Notes: generated by a model from the letters alone, not told the origin. DNA of 64,000 bases from Zootoca vivipara (GCF_963506605.1 NC_083276.1:82398001-82462000); one strand, 5' to 3'; positions 36,548-49,125 are shown, counted from the stretch's first letter. Translations and numbers: made by a program.

Positions 36548-37330
36548 ACTTTATTTGACAGACAACATTAAATTACACAACATCCCACATTACACCATAA
36601 TATACTACAGAATACAACAATACAGAATACAAAATGTTGATAACTTTTGTGATGGAAAGCAAATCTATTTCGTTCAATGAGTGTGCAATCCAGTTCTCCT
36701 TTTTCTGCATTTCTATGTCCAGGGAGTGTGATCTCCTGGCTGCAATGGCACATAATCACTTCACAGGCATCTGGAGCCCATTGCTGTATACAGTTATCAT
36801 GTCCAGAAGACTCTGCATTTCTTTATTATGGTTGCATATACCTGTGGCATTGTGTATGCAGTTGTTCAGGCAATTTTCATATTCAGTTTGATATTCTGTG
36901 GCTCCAATGTCACTAGTCATTTCTTCTGTGATGTGCCCCCATTCTGAAACTGTCGTGTTCTAACGCCTATTTTACCCATCTTGTACATTTCATCTTCTCC
37001 ACCATTATTTTGTCAAGCACCATCTTAACCATTCTTGTTTCCTACATAGACATCCTGGCAGTCATTCTCTAAATCAATTCTACAGAAGGTCGATGCAAAA
37101 CCTTCTCCACTATTGCTTCCCACTTGACTGCTGTGACCATTTTTTGGAACTGCCATATTTGCATATGTAAGACCTGATTCGAGGTTTGCAGTTGCCCATG
37201 ACAAAATCATCTCTGTGTTCTACAATCTAGTAATTCCTATGCTAAACCCCCTGATCTACAACGTAAGGAACAAGGAAGTGAAGGTTGCTTTGAAGAGGAC
37301 TATACAAAGAAAAAAATTCTTCTCAATAGA
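36261..37330 (+). pseudogene. Olfactory receptor pseudogene
   Basis: NVTEFVFLGFTEHPE, YFLSNLSLLD, AMAHNHF (eroded MAYDRF), [16 protein letters not shown]; lost ATG, two TAG stops, ~30-bp tandem duplication, frameshifts and an insertion. Confidence 0.92.
36513..36629 (-). mobile_element. Short 5'-truncated non-LTR insertion within the pseudogene
   Basis: 15-bp TSD CAAAATGTTGATAAC (36498-36512, 36630-36644) and (ATT)n tail. Confidence 0.8.
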
Positions 37331-38090
37331 AGCTTTGCTTAGGGACTGGTACGTAAAAATAAAACAAACAAACAAACAAATGGTTCCGTAACAGAACACT
37401 ATCAGCACAGTGATTTTGAACCTGAAGATTTTTTTATGTGCCATTCAAGCTTGCAAAGTTAGCAGCTATCAATTCTCAAAATCAGTAATGGGTGTGTGCT
37501 TGCATCCACATGCATGTGTCCTTTTACCAAGTCAGTTTCAGGAACTCTACTTCCTTGTCACTCACAATCAATTGATATGATCCAAAGATGTAAATTCTGG
37601 GCATACCTAAATTTAAATGGTTGAAAATATGTTCTGAATACTGAAATGAGTGGCATGGGGACAGTATTGTTTCAAACCAATTATGGAAATAAACTCCCAG
37701 CTTGCATGTCCTCAGGTGTGACTATGCAAAGAGGTCATACTGGATATTTTAATGATATGGGTTTCTCTCCTGAGAATTTCAGCAATTCTGTTTCTAGCTC
37801 AATACCGAACCATATAAAGTGAGAAATTCTATCCACATTTCCTTGTTTTTTTAAGCTTTGGGAAGGACATCTTGTGATTCACAGGTAAGAGTTCTTTGAC
37901 TATTTCTTCTTATTATGGTTGACACGTGAAATATTGGCCAAAAAAAGTTCTCTGGCATTCAGAAGTATAAGCAGCTAAATTGTCTGGAAGCTAAACAAGT
38001 TTTCAGTAGCCACCAAAGATGGGTAGGGGTTGGAAGCCCTTTTGTGATGCTGCATTACAAATCTCTTGCAGGTGTCCCAGGGATCTACGC

Positions 38091-38180
38091 CATAGCTGCC
38101 AAGTTTTCCCTTTTCTCACGAGGAAGCCTATTCAGCATAATGGAAAATCCCTTAAAAAAAGGGATAACTTGGCAGCTATG
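38091..38180. mobile_element. 90-bp hAT MITE
   Basis: 15-bp TIR; perfect TSD ATCTACGC. Confidence 0.88.
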
Positions 38181-38695
38181 ATCTACGCACTCAAAGCTGA
38201 TCTTCAGATGAGCGAGGTACGAACATCACATAGATCCATCCATTAATTATCATCCATTTATTAATCTAGAAGTTTATTAATCCTTTTGGCATTGCCAAAG
38301 TCCAACCCATGCGAAATCACTTTAAAATCAAGGGGATCATAATTGGTGCACTATCTTTTTAATCATCCATTTATAATAGCCCCTTATTTATCTATATAAA
38401 TTCACTAAGGACTGCTTGGGTGCTGCAGAGCTATTTATTTCTTTATTGCCTACAGCAGCCTTGGCAATAAATAAGGAGAGGCTTTTCACAGGTGGGAGAG
38501 GAGAAGCAATTCTGGGACTCACAGCCACAATCCTGGCATTCTTTAAAAAAAAAGTGCTGGATGCAACCAGTGCTGAAATAATTTGAAAGGCTAGATTATC
38601 CACATTGCCCAGCTGCAATGGTGCAACAGGTTCTTATTGGCATCTTATATTTGCACTGTAAAATTTGGGAGCACGGAACTTAGTGGAATTTGCTA

Positions 38696-38853
38696 CCAAG
38701 GAGTGTGGTGGAGTCTCCTTCTTTGGAGGTCTTTAAGCAGAGGCTTGACAGGCATATGTCAAGAATGCTTTGGTGGTGTTTCCTGCTCAGCAGGGGGTTG
38801 GACTGGATGGCCCTTGTGGTCTTTTCCAACTCTACAATTCTACGATTCTATGA
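38696..38853 (+). mobile_element. CR1 3' end
   Basis: Reverse complement of the 18093 CR1 tail, ending GATTCTATGA. Confidence 0.87.
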
Positions 38854-38904
38854 CTTACTCTGATGTGAATGTGTTTAAGGATTGCAGTCTTAAATTCACA
38901 GAAT

Positions 38905-40400
38905 AAAATTTTTTTTAAAAAATTATTAAATTTTTATTCACTTTTCTCAGTCAGGCCCCCTACTGCCCCAACAAGAACCCCTTGGTTTTCCTTTATAACC
39001 TCAACCAGTTCCACTGTTTTTTCCATTTTCACCACTTTCCCTTCCAGGGCATTTACTTTTTCATCTAGTTTGTCAAACTTCTGGGATAGAGCCTCCTTAG
39101 AGTTCTCTATATCTGACCTAACTTCCAAAAATTGTCTATTCACAGTTTCCTCCAACCCTTTCCTAAATTCTGCAAAATGTAAAGTCATAAATTCTGCAAT
39201 GTCTGGCTTAGCTGCTTTTTCAATATCCTCTTGTGCTGACGCTCTTTTCTTTTCAACTATTTTCTGTCTTACTGACTCCTGTTTAGGTTTCTCTGCCATG
39301 TCTCTTCTCAAAACAATTGCTTCAAAACACTTCTAACTCAAGGTCACTTCACCACCTTATCTCTTTCTCACCTTTAGGCTTATGTGTGGAAATTCCCCTG
39401 CAGGCCCAGTTTCAACTCAGTTATATACCAATCTATGTCAACAGTTTAGCCTTAAACCATTCATAAGTAATCCAAAAAAATATAAAAGAACCACATATAT
39501 ATGTACAATCTAAAGAAAGAAAAAAACCTGGAGATTATCACAGTCACGAAAGAATGTTGTAGTATTTCCTTTAGTGATGGTTGTTGCTTTTAAGAACTCT
39601 TGTAGTATATTGTATTCCAAAGTTCTCCAACTGTTGCTTGGGATCCAATATTCTTCAGATGAAAAATTAAAATTGTAATCAAAATTGTATTTATAATCCA
39701 AATGTTATTTGTAATCTGAATGGTATTTATAATCCAAAATATAATGCTCTCCTCAGTTGTAATTCCAATATATGACCCTGCTCATTTTTAATCTTTTTTC
39801 TGTCCCTACTCCCACTCTCCCAGGCACTCGTCCTCCCTGAGATTTCTCCCAGTTATGGAAGAGTGTTCTCCTGTTGAGCTTTGGTAGGTTTTTGCAAGAT
39901 CCAGGGTCTTTTTAAATTAATTTTATTTTTTTCTCAATCTTTAAAGCACTTTCATTCATAAAAGTAGCTTTGCCATTCATAAAAACTGAGGATACTCCAG
40001 TCCATTCATATAAGTTCCATTTAAAAGTTCAGAAAGACAACAGCTCAATTCTTTGTATCCAACAGAGAAATGGGTTGCTAAAAGTTAACTAATTGAAGCT
40101 AAAAAAGTAACAACAGACTGATGTGTTTCCAAATGCCTTTGATCTCATTCACAAGTCCTTACTGCAGAGTCTGTCTTTCAGAAGACGGAAGTTGACTTCC
40201 TTTTTAGTTTCCGTCTTTGCGGAATTAAACTTAAACACAAATTCTTCAATTTTAGAATCAAAAAGTTTGGCAATAAGTACCTTATTTCAGAAAGGCTGCT
40301 GCTTCAGGTGGCGATTCGTGGTTTTGGCTGTGATAGCACTGTGAGCGAACTCAAGCCGCTTCTCTCGCCACCCACCCCACACACACTGCCGATGCATCCT
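38905..40400 (-). mobile_element. L1-like 5' fragment (5'UTR plus ORF1 coiled-coil N-terminus)
   Basis: ORF 38934-39311 with heptad pattern (LSQKFDKLDEKVNALEGKVVKMEKTV); A-rich minus strand; GC-richer 5' end; boundaries approximate. Confidence 0.55.
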
Positions 40401-41006
40401 TATGTGAAAGGATGGAGGCTGCTTTTCCAAGCAATCTAGTCATTATGAGACTGGTCTTCCCCCCAAATAAAGGTTGCTTCAGTGAATTTTCTTATTCATT
40501 TCACATCAATGTCTAGTGAACAAGTTCATCAAAGCAGAAACCGTGTTACTGTTTCTGACAAAACAATTAAATAATAATAATAATAATAGACTTTTCTCAG
40601 TGTCCCACTTAGGATGGGACAAAATAGAAGGTATTCCCAGTGGCTGCACTCAGGTTAGGAAACCCTGAAATCATTTTATTTTTATGATTTTTTTTAAGGT
40701 GGCCCTGTCCCTATTATGCAATTGTTTGATGTTGTATTGTGAAATTGAAATGTTTCATTATGTACCAGATCAATCACCTCACACTTCATCTTACTAGAAA
40801 GTCCATACCATATGACATAAGAATCAGGCTTTTAGTGTGATGGTACCTACCCTTTTGAACTTCCTCCTATTACACATCAAGCAGGGCTCATCTCTATTGC
40901 CTTTTCACAATATACTCCTGACAGATGTAGAAAAGCAAAGATGTTGTTGACCTTGACTGTCACATTATGCTAATAATTATTTTTATTCCATTATAGAGGA
41001 ATAATA

Positions 41007-41942
41007 ATGAAGCAAAATCGCACTTCTGTAACAGAATTCATCCTTGTAGGATTCATGGACCACCCTGACCTCCGAGTCCCGCTCTTCTTCTTGTTCCTGA
41101 TCATCTATGTAGCCACAATAATAGGCAACCTTGGGATAATCATAATAACCAGTGTGGATGCTCGACTCCACACCCCAATGTACTTTTTCCTGAGAAACCT
41201 CTCCATTATCGATATTGGTTATTCAACTGCCATTGCCCCCAAATTGCTGACAACCTTTGTGGCAGAGAAGACAACCATTTCTTTCAAGGGATGCACAGTG
41301 CAGTTTTTCTTTTTTTGTCTGTTTGTGACCACTGAAGGCTGCCTTCTTGCTGTGATGGCATATGATCGCTTCATAGCCATCTGCAACCCACTGCTCTATT
41401 TTTCTGTTATGTCAAATAAGTTGTGTGCCATATTGGTGGTGGTTGCATATAGTTGTGGCTTGGCAAGTTCAACTATCCATACTATTTTCATATTCAATTT
41501 GTCCTTCTGCAGTTCAAATGTCATTAATCATTTTTTCTGTGATGTTCCTCCTATACTCCAGTTGTCCTGTTCGGACACCCATGTCATTCGCACTGTGCAT
41601 TTCGTTTTATCCACTGTCATTGCACTGACGACTTTTCTCATTGTCTTGGTCTCCTACATTGCCATAGTTTTTGCTATCATGCAGATCCACTCTGCCCAGG
41701 GTAGATACAAAGCCTTCTCCACCTGTGCTTCCCACTTGACCACAGTCACTATCTTCTTTGGAACCATCATCTTCATGTATATACGGCCTGGCTCCAGTTT
41801 TCCAAAGGATCAGGACAAAATAGTTTCTGTGTTCTATACTCTCGTGACATCCTTGCTCAACCCTCTCATCTACAGCCTAAGGAACAAAGATGTGAAAGAT
41901 GCTGCATGCAGGATAGTAGGCAAGGTGACATTTCTGAAGTAG
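41007..41942 (+). CDS. Olfactory receptor, class II, OR5-like (intact)
   Basis: 311 aa, [43 protein letters not shown]; acceptor CCATTATAG ending 40996. Confidence 0.96.
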   Translation: MKQNRTSVTEFILVGFMDHPDLRVPLFFLFLIIYVATIIGNLGIIIITSVDARLHTPMYFFLRNLSIIDIGYSTAIAPKLLTTFVAEKTTISFKGCTVQFFFFCLFVTTEGCLLAVMAYDRFIAICNPLLYFSVMSNKLCAILVVVAYSCGLASSTIHTIFIFNLSFCSSNVINHFFCDVPPILQLSCSDTHVIRTVHFVLSTVIALTTFLIVLVSYIAIVFAIMQIHSAQGRYKAFSTCASHLTTVTIFFGTIIFMYIRPGSSFPKDQDKIVSVFYTLVTSLLNPLIYSLRNKDVKDAACRIVGKVTFLK

Positions 41943-42122
41943 CCACTCTGCAACTGCTCATTTCCACAGTACTGATTCAGACTCATCCTGCCTCCACCAT
42001 CATTGCCATGAGGGCATGAATTCCCCCTGTCCAGTTACCCCACAGCAAATCCGGTAACCCAAAAGCAAGCCACTTTTCCTGTTACTGTTGATGCTACCTG
42101 TAACACATGTGACTCTTTAGGG

Positions 42123-42258
42123 CAGGCATCCCCAAACTGCGGCCCTCCAGATGTTTTGGCCTACAACTCCCATGTTCCCTAGCTAACAGGACCAGTGGTC
42201 GGGGATGATGGGAATTGTAGTCCAAAACATCTGGATGGCCGAAGTTTGGGGATGCCTG
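42123..42258. mobile_element. hAT MITE, 136 bp
   Basis: TIR CAGGCATCCCCAAACT; perfect TSD CTTTAGGG. Confidence 0.9.
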
Positions 42259-42731
42259 CTTTAGGGACTTGTTTTGAACCAGTGATGTTCAGTTAAATTC
42301 TTTGTGTTTGGGCTTCTGTGTGTGAAATATGAAAAGCCAAGGTAGGTTCATCACACACACACGGCTCTTGGGATGAAATACACTGACCTTTTAAAAAATG
42401 AGTTCTTTGTTGGTCATGTTCTCCATTTATTCTGAAAGTCTGGATCCATGCCCTTGGGTGGTATTGGATTTGGGGAGTCCACATGGGATGCACAGGGAGA
42501 GGAGAGGGTCAAAATCCATGCACTAATGAGACATGTTAGTTGGATACCACCCATTGTTAAGTTTCCAAATGTGTTGAGAATTTTTGTTTTCTCCCAAAGC
42601 TTCCTGAATTAGTCCATTCTAGTTCTACAGTTTCAAATTCTTGTTGGCTTTGCGTATTTAGCATTGCTTTATGATTTGTATTCTGTTTGATATTCTGTTT
42701 TTGTACACCACTCATGTATTCTTGGAATGTA

Positions 42732-43095
42732 AAGGTAAAGGTAAAGGGACCCCTGACCATTAGGTCCAGTTGTGGATGACTCTGGGGTTGCAGCGCTCAA
42801 CTCACTCTACAGGCTGAGGGAGCCGGCGTTTGTCCGCAAACAGCTTCTGGGTCATGTGGCCAGCATGACTAAGCCACTTCTGGTGAACCAGACAACACAC
42901 GAAACACTGTTTACTTCCTGCCGGAGCGGTACCTATTTATCTACTTGCACTTTGATGTGCTTTCGAACTGCTAGGTGGGCAAGAGCAGGGACCGAGCAAT
43001 GGGAGCTCACCCCATCGCAGGGATTCGAACCGGTGACCTTCTGATCGGCAAGCCCTAGGCTCAATGGTTTAGACCACAGCACCACCCACGTCCCT
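42732..43095 (-). mobile_element. Sauria SINE, full length
   Basis: (AAAGGT)n tail; 13-bp TSD TTCTTGGAATGTA. Confidence 0.9.
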
Positions 43096-44607
43096 TTCTT
43101 GGAATGTAGACTGGTTAAATAAATTTTAAAAACCCAAGAAGTGAACTGGTGCTCTAGATCTGAGACAACATATTACTTTGTAGTCATCTACTATTCCCTA
43201 GTGGAGGTGAAGTGAATGTTGCAATCCCAGTTATATCTTAGTTAGAAAGTCCCATGGGGCTATGTCCCTAGTTTCCAAGGAATCATATATAAACATATCT
43301 TGCTAATTCACACAGTAATACGCTTGTAGTCATGAAATGACTTTTCTTTCCACTGGCAAGAGTTACCAGCTTGGCTAATAAAGCTGAAATAGATACCATC
43401 ATAATTTTTTCTGCATTTTTGTTATGTCGGTAAGAGATATTGCATTCAATTGAAGCAACTATTTAAAAGCCTTTCATTTTGACATTTGCAGCAAACTGAC
43501 ACAAAATCTTTGGGGGGGGGAGAGTCAAAAGAAAGAACCTATGCCCAGTTGTATTTGCTTAAACATAATAGAATATAGAGTATTATGCTCAGAAGTAAAT
43601 CTCATTGAGTTCAGCCATATATGCCCCCCTAATAACTGCAGCCTGAATTATTGAAGCTTGTTTTATTGTCCAAGATTCAAGAATAGCAAACTGGCGTGCA
43701 GGGGGTATGGATGGAAGCTGCTGCAAAAGATATTGGAAGCAAGTCTTTCTAGGAAGCAGCAATATGGGTATGTAACCATATGAAACATGCACTTGAGCTG
43801 GTTGTTTCTGAGTACTATGCTTAAATGAGAAATGAATGGGCTTCAGTTAAGGATTTCTGATTTCGAGGGTGTGTGCCAATCTGATCCCACCCAACTGCCA
43901 TGTATACTCCAGAAGGCTGTCTACCAGGTAATGTGCGTCTCACTTGGAAAAAATGCTTCTCATACCTGCACCGTCCAGGGGTCCTTTACATCATGTGCTG
44001 ATTATGACCTGATGACTCATGCCTAAGCTCAACAATGGCTGTCATTTAAAACCATTTGGTGGGATTCAATGAATAACTCCCATGAACAGGAGCCCATTTG
44101 ATAAATTCCATCTTCACAATGGGGGTTTCTCCCTCTCCTCCCCTATAGCCCTGGTAAGGAGAACCCCCAAACTGCACACAGTGGGAAAGGGGATAGAACA
44201 TCCTTTCTAGCAAGCTGATGTACTTGTCATGACAGAACATTCAGAAGAACCCAGGACTTAATTCCTCCCATTGTGCTTCAAGTCATGGAAGGTGATATTT
44301 TAAAAGATTGTCATGGTTTCTGATCCCTTCTGAAATTTTCATACAAGTCATCACTTGATTGTGCATTAATTAGCCCCGATGCTGGTAAAGATAGTCAAAA
44401 CTAGGGGTAGATGAGAATTTTGCTTGGATTTTAATGAGAAACCACCCAGTTTGCACTTTTCAAACCAATATGATAGTCAAAAACTTTAGACCAAATCCAC
44501 CCTGCTCTGAATTTTGTGATGCAGTTGTTCCACCAAATAATATGTACAAAAATGCATAATTACATTACTGAAAATAACAAAGAGAACTGAATTAGGTGAA
44601 GTCACAT

Positions 44608-44611
<4 letters not shown>

Positions 44612-44662
<51 letters not shown>
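44612..44662. repeat. (TA)n microsatellite
   Basis: Directly visible. Confidence 0.95.
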
Positions 44663-44667
<5 letters not shown>

Positions 44668-44801
44668 TGAATGCAAAAATGTGTTTATTGAAAGAAATTC
44701 ACACTAAAATGCTGGCACATTTTCATGAGAATTTTTAAGAATAAATAAATAAAATTACTTGTTTTTTATTTGCTTTTTGCTCTTCCTCCTAGGGATAAAT
44801 T

Positions 44802-45737
44802 ATGGAGTACACAAATCAAACCATGGTTACTGAATTCATCCTTCTGGGCTTCATGGATCATCCAGAGTTGTGGACTATTCTCTTCCTGGCATTTCTCTTG
44901 ATCTACATTGTCACAGTCTCAGGAAATCTTGGCATCATCATCCTAGCCGCTCTTGATGCAAACCTTCATACCCCAATGTACTTTTTCCTCAGCAACCTGT
45001 CCTTGGTTGACGTTGGCTATTCCACCACTATCGCTCCCAGGTTGCTGATGACCTTTCTACAAAAGAATAGTACTATTCCATTCACAGAGTGTGCTATGCA
45101 GTTCTTCTTTTTCTGCATGTTTGCCACAGTTGAAACTTGCCTGCTAGCTGTTATGGCTTATGATCGCTTTACTGCCATTTGCAACCCATTACTCTATTGT
45201 GCTGCCATGTCTAAAAAGGTCTGTCTGGTGTTAGTAAAAGGTGCATATATTTGTGGATTTGTGAATTCAGCTGTTCAGACATCATTGATATTTAGCCTGT
45301 CCTTCTGCAGCTCAAATGTTATCGGTCATTACTTTTGTGACATCCCTCCCATCCTGAAACTTTCCTGTTCAAGCACAGAAGTGGCTAACACTGTACACTT
45401 TATCTTATGTACTGTGATAGTCGTGATCACTTTGTTGATTATCCTCATCTCCTATATCTACATCATTTTTGCCATTCTGCGGATTCGCTCTGCCCAGGGG
45501 AGACACAAAGCCTTTTCCACCTGTGCCTCCCATCTCACGTCTGTCACAATCTTCTATGGAACCATCATCTTTATGTATATGAGGCCCAATTCCAGTGTCT
45601 CAAAGGATGAAGATAAAATTGTTTCAGTGTTCTATACCCTTGTGATCCCGATGCTAAATCCATTGATCTACAGTCTGAGAAATAAAGATGTAAAGGATGC
45701 TTTCATAAGGATGAGAGGGAAGATGACATTAAATTAA
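44802..45737 (+). CDS. Olfactory receptor, MEYTN subfamily copy A (intact)
   Basis: 311 aa with all OR motifs. Confidence 0.97.
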   Translation: MEYTNQTMVTEFILLGFMDHPELWTILFLAFLLIYIVTVSGNLGIIILAALDANLHTPMYFFLSNLSLVDVGYSTTIAPRLLMTFLQKNSTIPFTECAMQFFFFCMFATVETCLLAVMAYDRFTAICNPLLYCAAMSKKVCLVLVKGAYICGFVNSAVQTSLIFSLSFCSSNVIGHYFCDIPPILKLSCSSTEVANTVHFILCTVIVVITLLIILISYIYIIFAILRIRSAQGRHKAFSTCASHLTSVTIFYGTIIFMYMRPNSSVSKDEDKIVSVFYTLVIPMLNPLIYSLRNKDVKDAFIRMRGKMTLN

Positions 45738-45838
45738 TGCATTCCCATTTCAAGATGAGTTTCAGTTTCCAATAGATATGAACCAAGAAATAAAATGTGT
45801 ATTTGTTTCATGTGTGTGTGTGTGCAATTGTCCTAGTG

Positions 45839-46450
45839 CAGTGGTGGTGAACCTTCTGGAGATCGAGTGCCCAAACTGCAACCCAAAACCCACATATATA
45901 GCGCAAAGTGCCAAAATGGCACTTGTGGGATAAACAAATGAATATACCTTTATTTTTTGTGTATAACATGCCCCCAGAGTTTTTGAGCTTTTGGGGGGAG
46001 GATTGCTCAGAGTTGTTGAGTTGTTGAAGCTTTTGGGGGGAGGTGGTTTTGCAGAAAAACAGTCACACAGAGGAAAGAAGCAGAAGCAGCCGATAGTTTC
46101 AATGCTTGACGGAAGGGAGCAATCAACAAAAAACCTTGACTCAGCAACCAACCACATGCACCTTTTCATTTTCCTACACAAACAGTTTCACACCCACAGC
46201 AGTGGGAGGGAGGTAGCGCTGCGGCCAGAAACCAGCTGCTTGGTGGGAACGCTACTTTCCCCCAACACTGCTGCAGTCAGAAAGTGCTCTAGGGAGCATT
46301 TCCACCCTGCAATGGCAATGGCGGGGGGGGGGGGCAGCTGTACACTTTTGCAACAACCTAGAATGGCACTACTGGGGCGATGGCACACGTGCCCACAAAG
46401 AGGGCTCCACATGCCCACTCTGGCACGCGTGCCATAGGTTTGCCTCCATT
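45839..46450. mobile_element. Non-autonomous hAT-like element
   Basis: TIR CAGTGGTGGTGAACCT / AGGTTTGCCTCCATTG; duplicated copy at ~58849-59371. Confidence 0.65.
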
Positions 46451-46489
46451 GTCCTAGTGGGTTGCTTTTTTTGCCTATTCCTCTCTGAG

Positions 46490-47160
46490 TAGTCAGTAGG
46501 TGGCATGAGTATTCCACAGCATGGTTGGCTGTCATCTGTCGGCCCTGGGAAACAATGGATGAGTGTGCCTTCATGAGTGAAGTCAAACTGCTGGAGATTT
46601 ACAGCACCTGCTTTGGCTGTAGAGACAGATCCAGGCGAGGCATGTTTTGTTGCATCTGAGGCAGATGAAGACATCTGGTTTTGCTGCTAAAGATGCACCA
46701 TGGCGTCCCTTCTTTCTGCACTCCATCAAGTGGTGCTTCCTCCTCTCATCCCTGCTGTGAATACACATCCTGACTGTCTTTGGGCACTATGGCCACCTGC
46801 AAGGGGTCCCCACACAATAGGGTTAATGTTGCCAGCCTTCACGTCATGTTTACAGACATCTTTCACAACACAGAGTTGGTCTGCCAATTGGCCTGGTGCC
46901 AGAAGCCAGCTCCCTTTGCAGCATGTCCTTGGGGATCCTGTCGTTTTTCATTCGGTGGTCATGACCAAGCCAGCACAGATGTCACTGAGGGATTCTGGGA
47001 GGGTGAATGTGCTGGGAATGTGGGTTTGGAAGACCACATCTTTGTTTGAGACTCTGTCCTGCTTTGCCATGCCCCAAATCTTCCTGACGCATTGCATTTG
47101 GGAGGTGTGGAAGACTTGCTCCTGGAGTGTGTAGGTTGCCCTCCCCTCTCATGGCATGTA
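46490..47160 (-). mobile_element. Old RTE-type LINE 3' fragment
   Basis: Degenerate C-terminal CxxC zinc-finger-like text (FICLRCNKTC...LYSQSR); copies also at ~53515-53810 and ~59410-59724. Confidence 0.6.
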
Positions 47161-47176
47161 AATATGTTGATTCAGT

Positions 47177-47707
47177 CATAGAATCACAGAATAATAGAGT
47201 TGGAAGAGACCACAAGGGCCATCCAGTCCAACCCCCTGCCAAGCAGGAAACACCACCAAAGCATTCTTGACATATGCCTGTCAAGCCTCTGCTTAAAGAC
47301 CTCCAAAGAAGGAGACTCCACCACACTCCTTGGTAGCAAATTCCACTGCCGAACAGCTCTTAGTGTCAGGAAGTTCTTCCTAATGTTTAGGTGGAATCTT
47401 CTTTCTTGTAGTTTGAATCCATTGCTCCATGTCCACTTCTCTGGAGCAGCAGAAAACAACCTTTCACCCTCCTCTATATGACATCCTTTTATATATTTGA
47501 ACATGGCTATCATATCACCCCTTAACCTTCTCTTCTCCAGGCTAAACATACCCAGCTCCCTAAACCGTTCCTCATAAGGCATTGTTTCCAGGCCTGTGAC
47601 CAGTTTGGTTGCCCTCTTCTGGACACGTTCCAGCTTGTCAGTATCCTTCTTGAACTGTGGTGCCCAAAACTGGACACAGTACTCCAGGTGAGGCCTGACC
47701 AGAGCAG
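47177..47707 (-). mobile_element. CR1 LINE 3' fragment
   Basis: ORF 47184-47711 [14 protein letters not shown]...; near-identical to 18093-18617. Confidence 0.93.
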
Positions 47708-48601
47708 TCACTTTGGACGGTGAGGTGTAGGAAGGATGTAGGAAGGAGTTTTAACCTAGATGATCTCCTTAGGCACCTTTTGGGGTGAAGGGATGCCCCT
47801 GAAGCTGACTCTTGGGACTCTGGGGCCCTGGAGCTGCATAGGGAACACCTATGAGACCAACTTGCCTCATCTGCTTGCAGCTCTGGGACCCTGGGCTGGA
47901 GTAATGCAGGGGAAAACTGCTTATTTGCCTTCAGGGTGTGGCCAGATAAAATGGGTAGGTGGTACCGCCACATCTCCCAAAGGCAAGGGTTGGGTTCCCT
48001 TATGGGTTTCAGGCTTTGCCTGGTGTTTGTAGTTAATTTCTGCACGGAGAGGGGTTTCGATTGGTTTGGCCATCAGGTCACCCTCACAATACTCACAGAT
48101 ATAAATGGTGGAATGCTTGGGCTGGGAGTGAGTGCTTTATTTCCTGCTCAATGTTACCTTCTTTAAATTATTTTTAATAATATTCTTCTTTTATTTCTTA
48201 AAAAAATTCAACTTCACTTTTTAAATATAAATCAAAGCCATCATGGTTTGCAGAGAATTATAAAATTGTTAAGACAATGAAAACAGTTCACACTACTAAA
48301 ATTATGGTTAGCACTCAGGTTTAATAATCTGTTAAAACCAACAGACGGACCATATAAAATTAGTATAAAAAAGAAGCAACCCAGACTAAAACACAGTAGA
48401 ATAAAATGGATTGGCTGCCAATCTGAACTTTAAAAGGCCCTGTCTTGCATCCCAACCAATCATTCTTCTGGATAGGAGACACATATTGAAAGCCTCTGAA
48501 ATTGAGCACAGTCAATGCACAGGACTGCGTTTCTTTGCCACGGACCAGCATAGAGCAATATTACAATCTCATCTTGTTACCATTCTTCTCAAATATTACT
48601 G

Positions 48602-49125
48602 TTTTTGTTGTTGTTGTTTAGTTGTTAAGTCATGTTCCGACTCTTTGTGACCCCATGGACCAGAGCACGCCAGGCACTCCTGTCTTCCACTGCCTCCCGC
48701 AGTTTGGTCAGACTCATGCTGGTAGCTTCGAGAACACTGTCCAACCATCTCGTCCTCTGCCATCCCCTTCTCCTTGTGCCCTCAATCTTTCCCAACATCA
48801 GGGTCTTTTCCAGTGAGTCTTCTCTTCTCATGAGGTGGCCAAAGTATTGGAGCCTCAGCTTCAGGATCTGTACTTCTGGTGAGCACTCAGGGCTGATTTC
48901 CTTCAGAATGGATAGGTTTGATCTTCTCGCATTCCATGGGACTCTCAAGAGTCTCCTCCAGGACCATAATTCAAAAGCATCAATTCTTTGGTGATCAGCC
49001 TTCTTTATGGTCCAGCTCTCACTTCCATACATCACTACTGGGAAAACCATAGCTTTAACTATACGGACCTTTGTCGGTGGGGTGATGTCTCTGCTTTTTA
49101 AGATGCTGTCTAGATTTGTCATTGC
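48602..49125 (-). mobile_element. BovB/RTE fragment (unit 1 only)
   Basis: ORF 48625-49122; TSD CAAATATTACT/CAGATATTACT; absent at the paralogous site ~54400. Confidence 0.92.
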
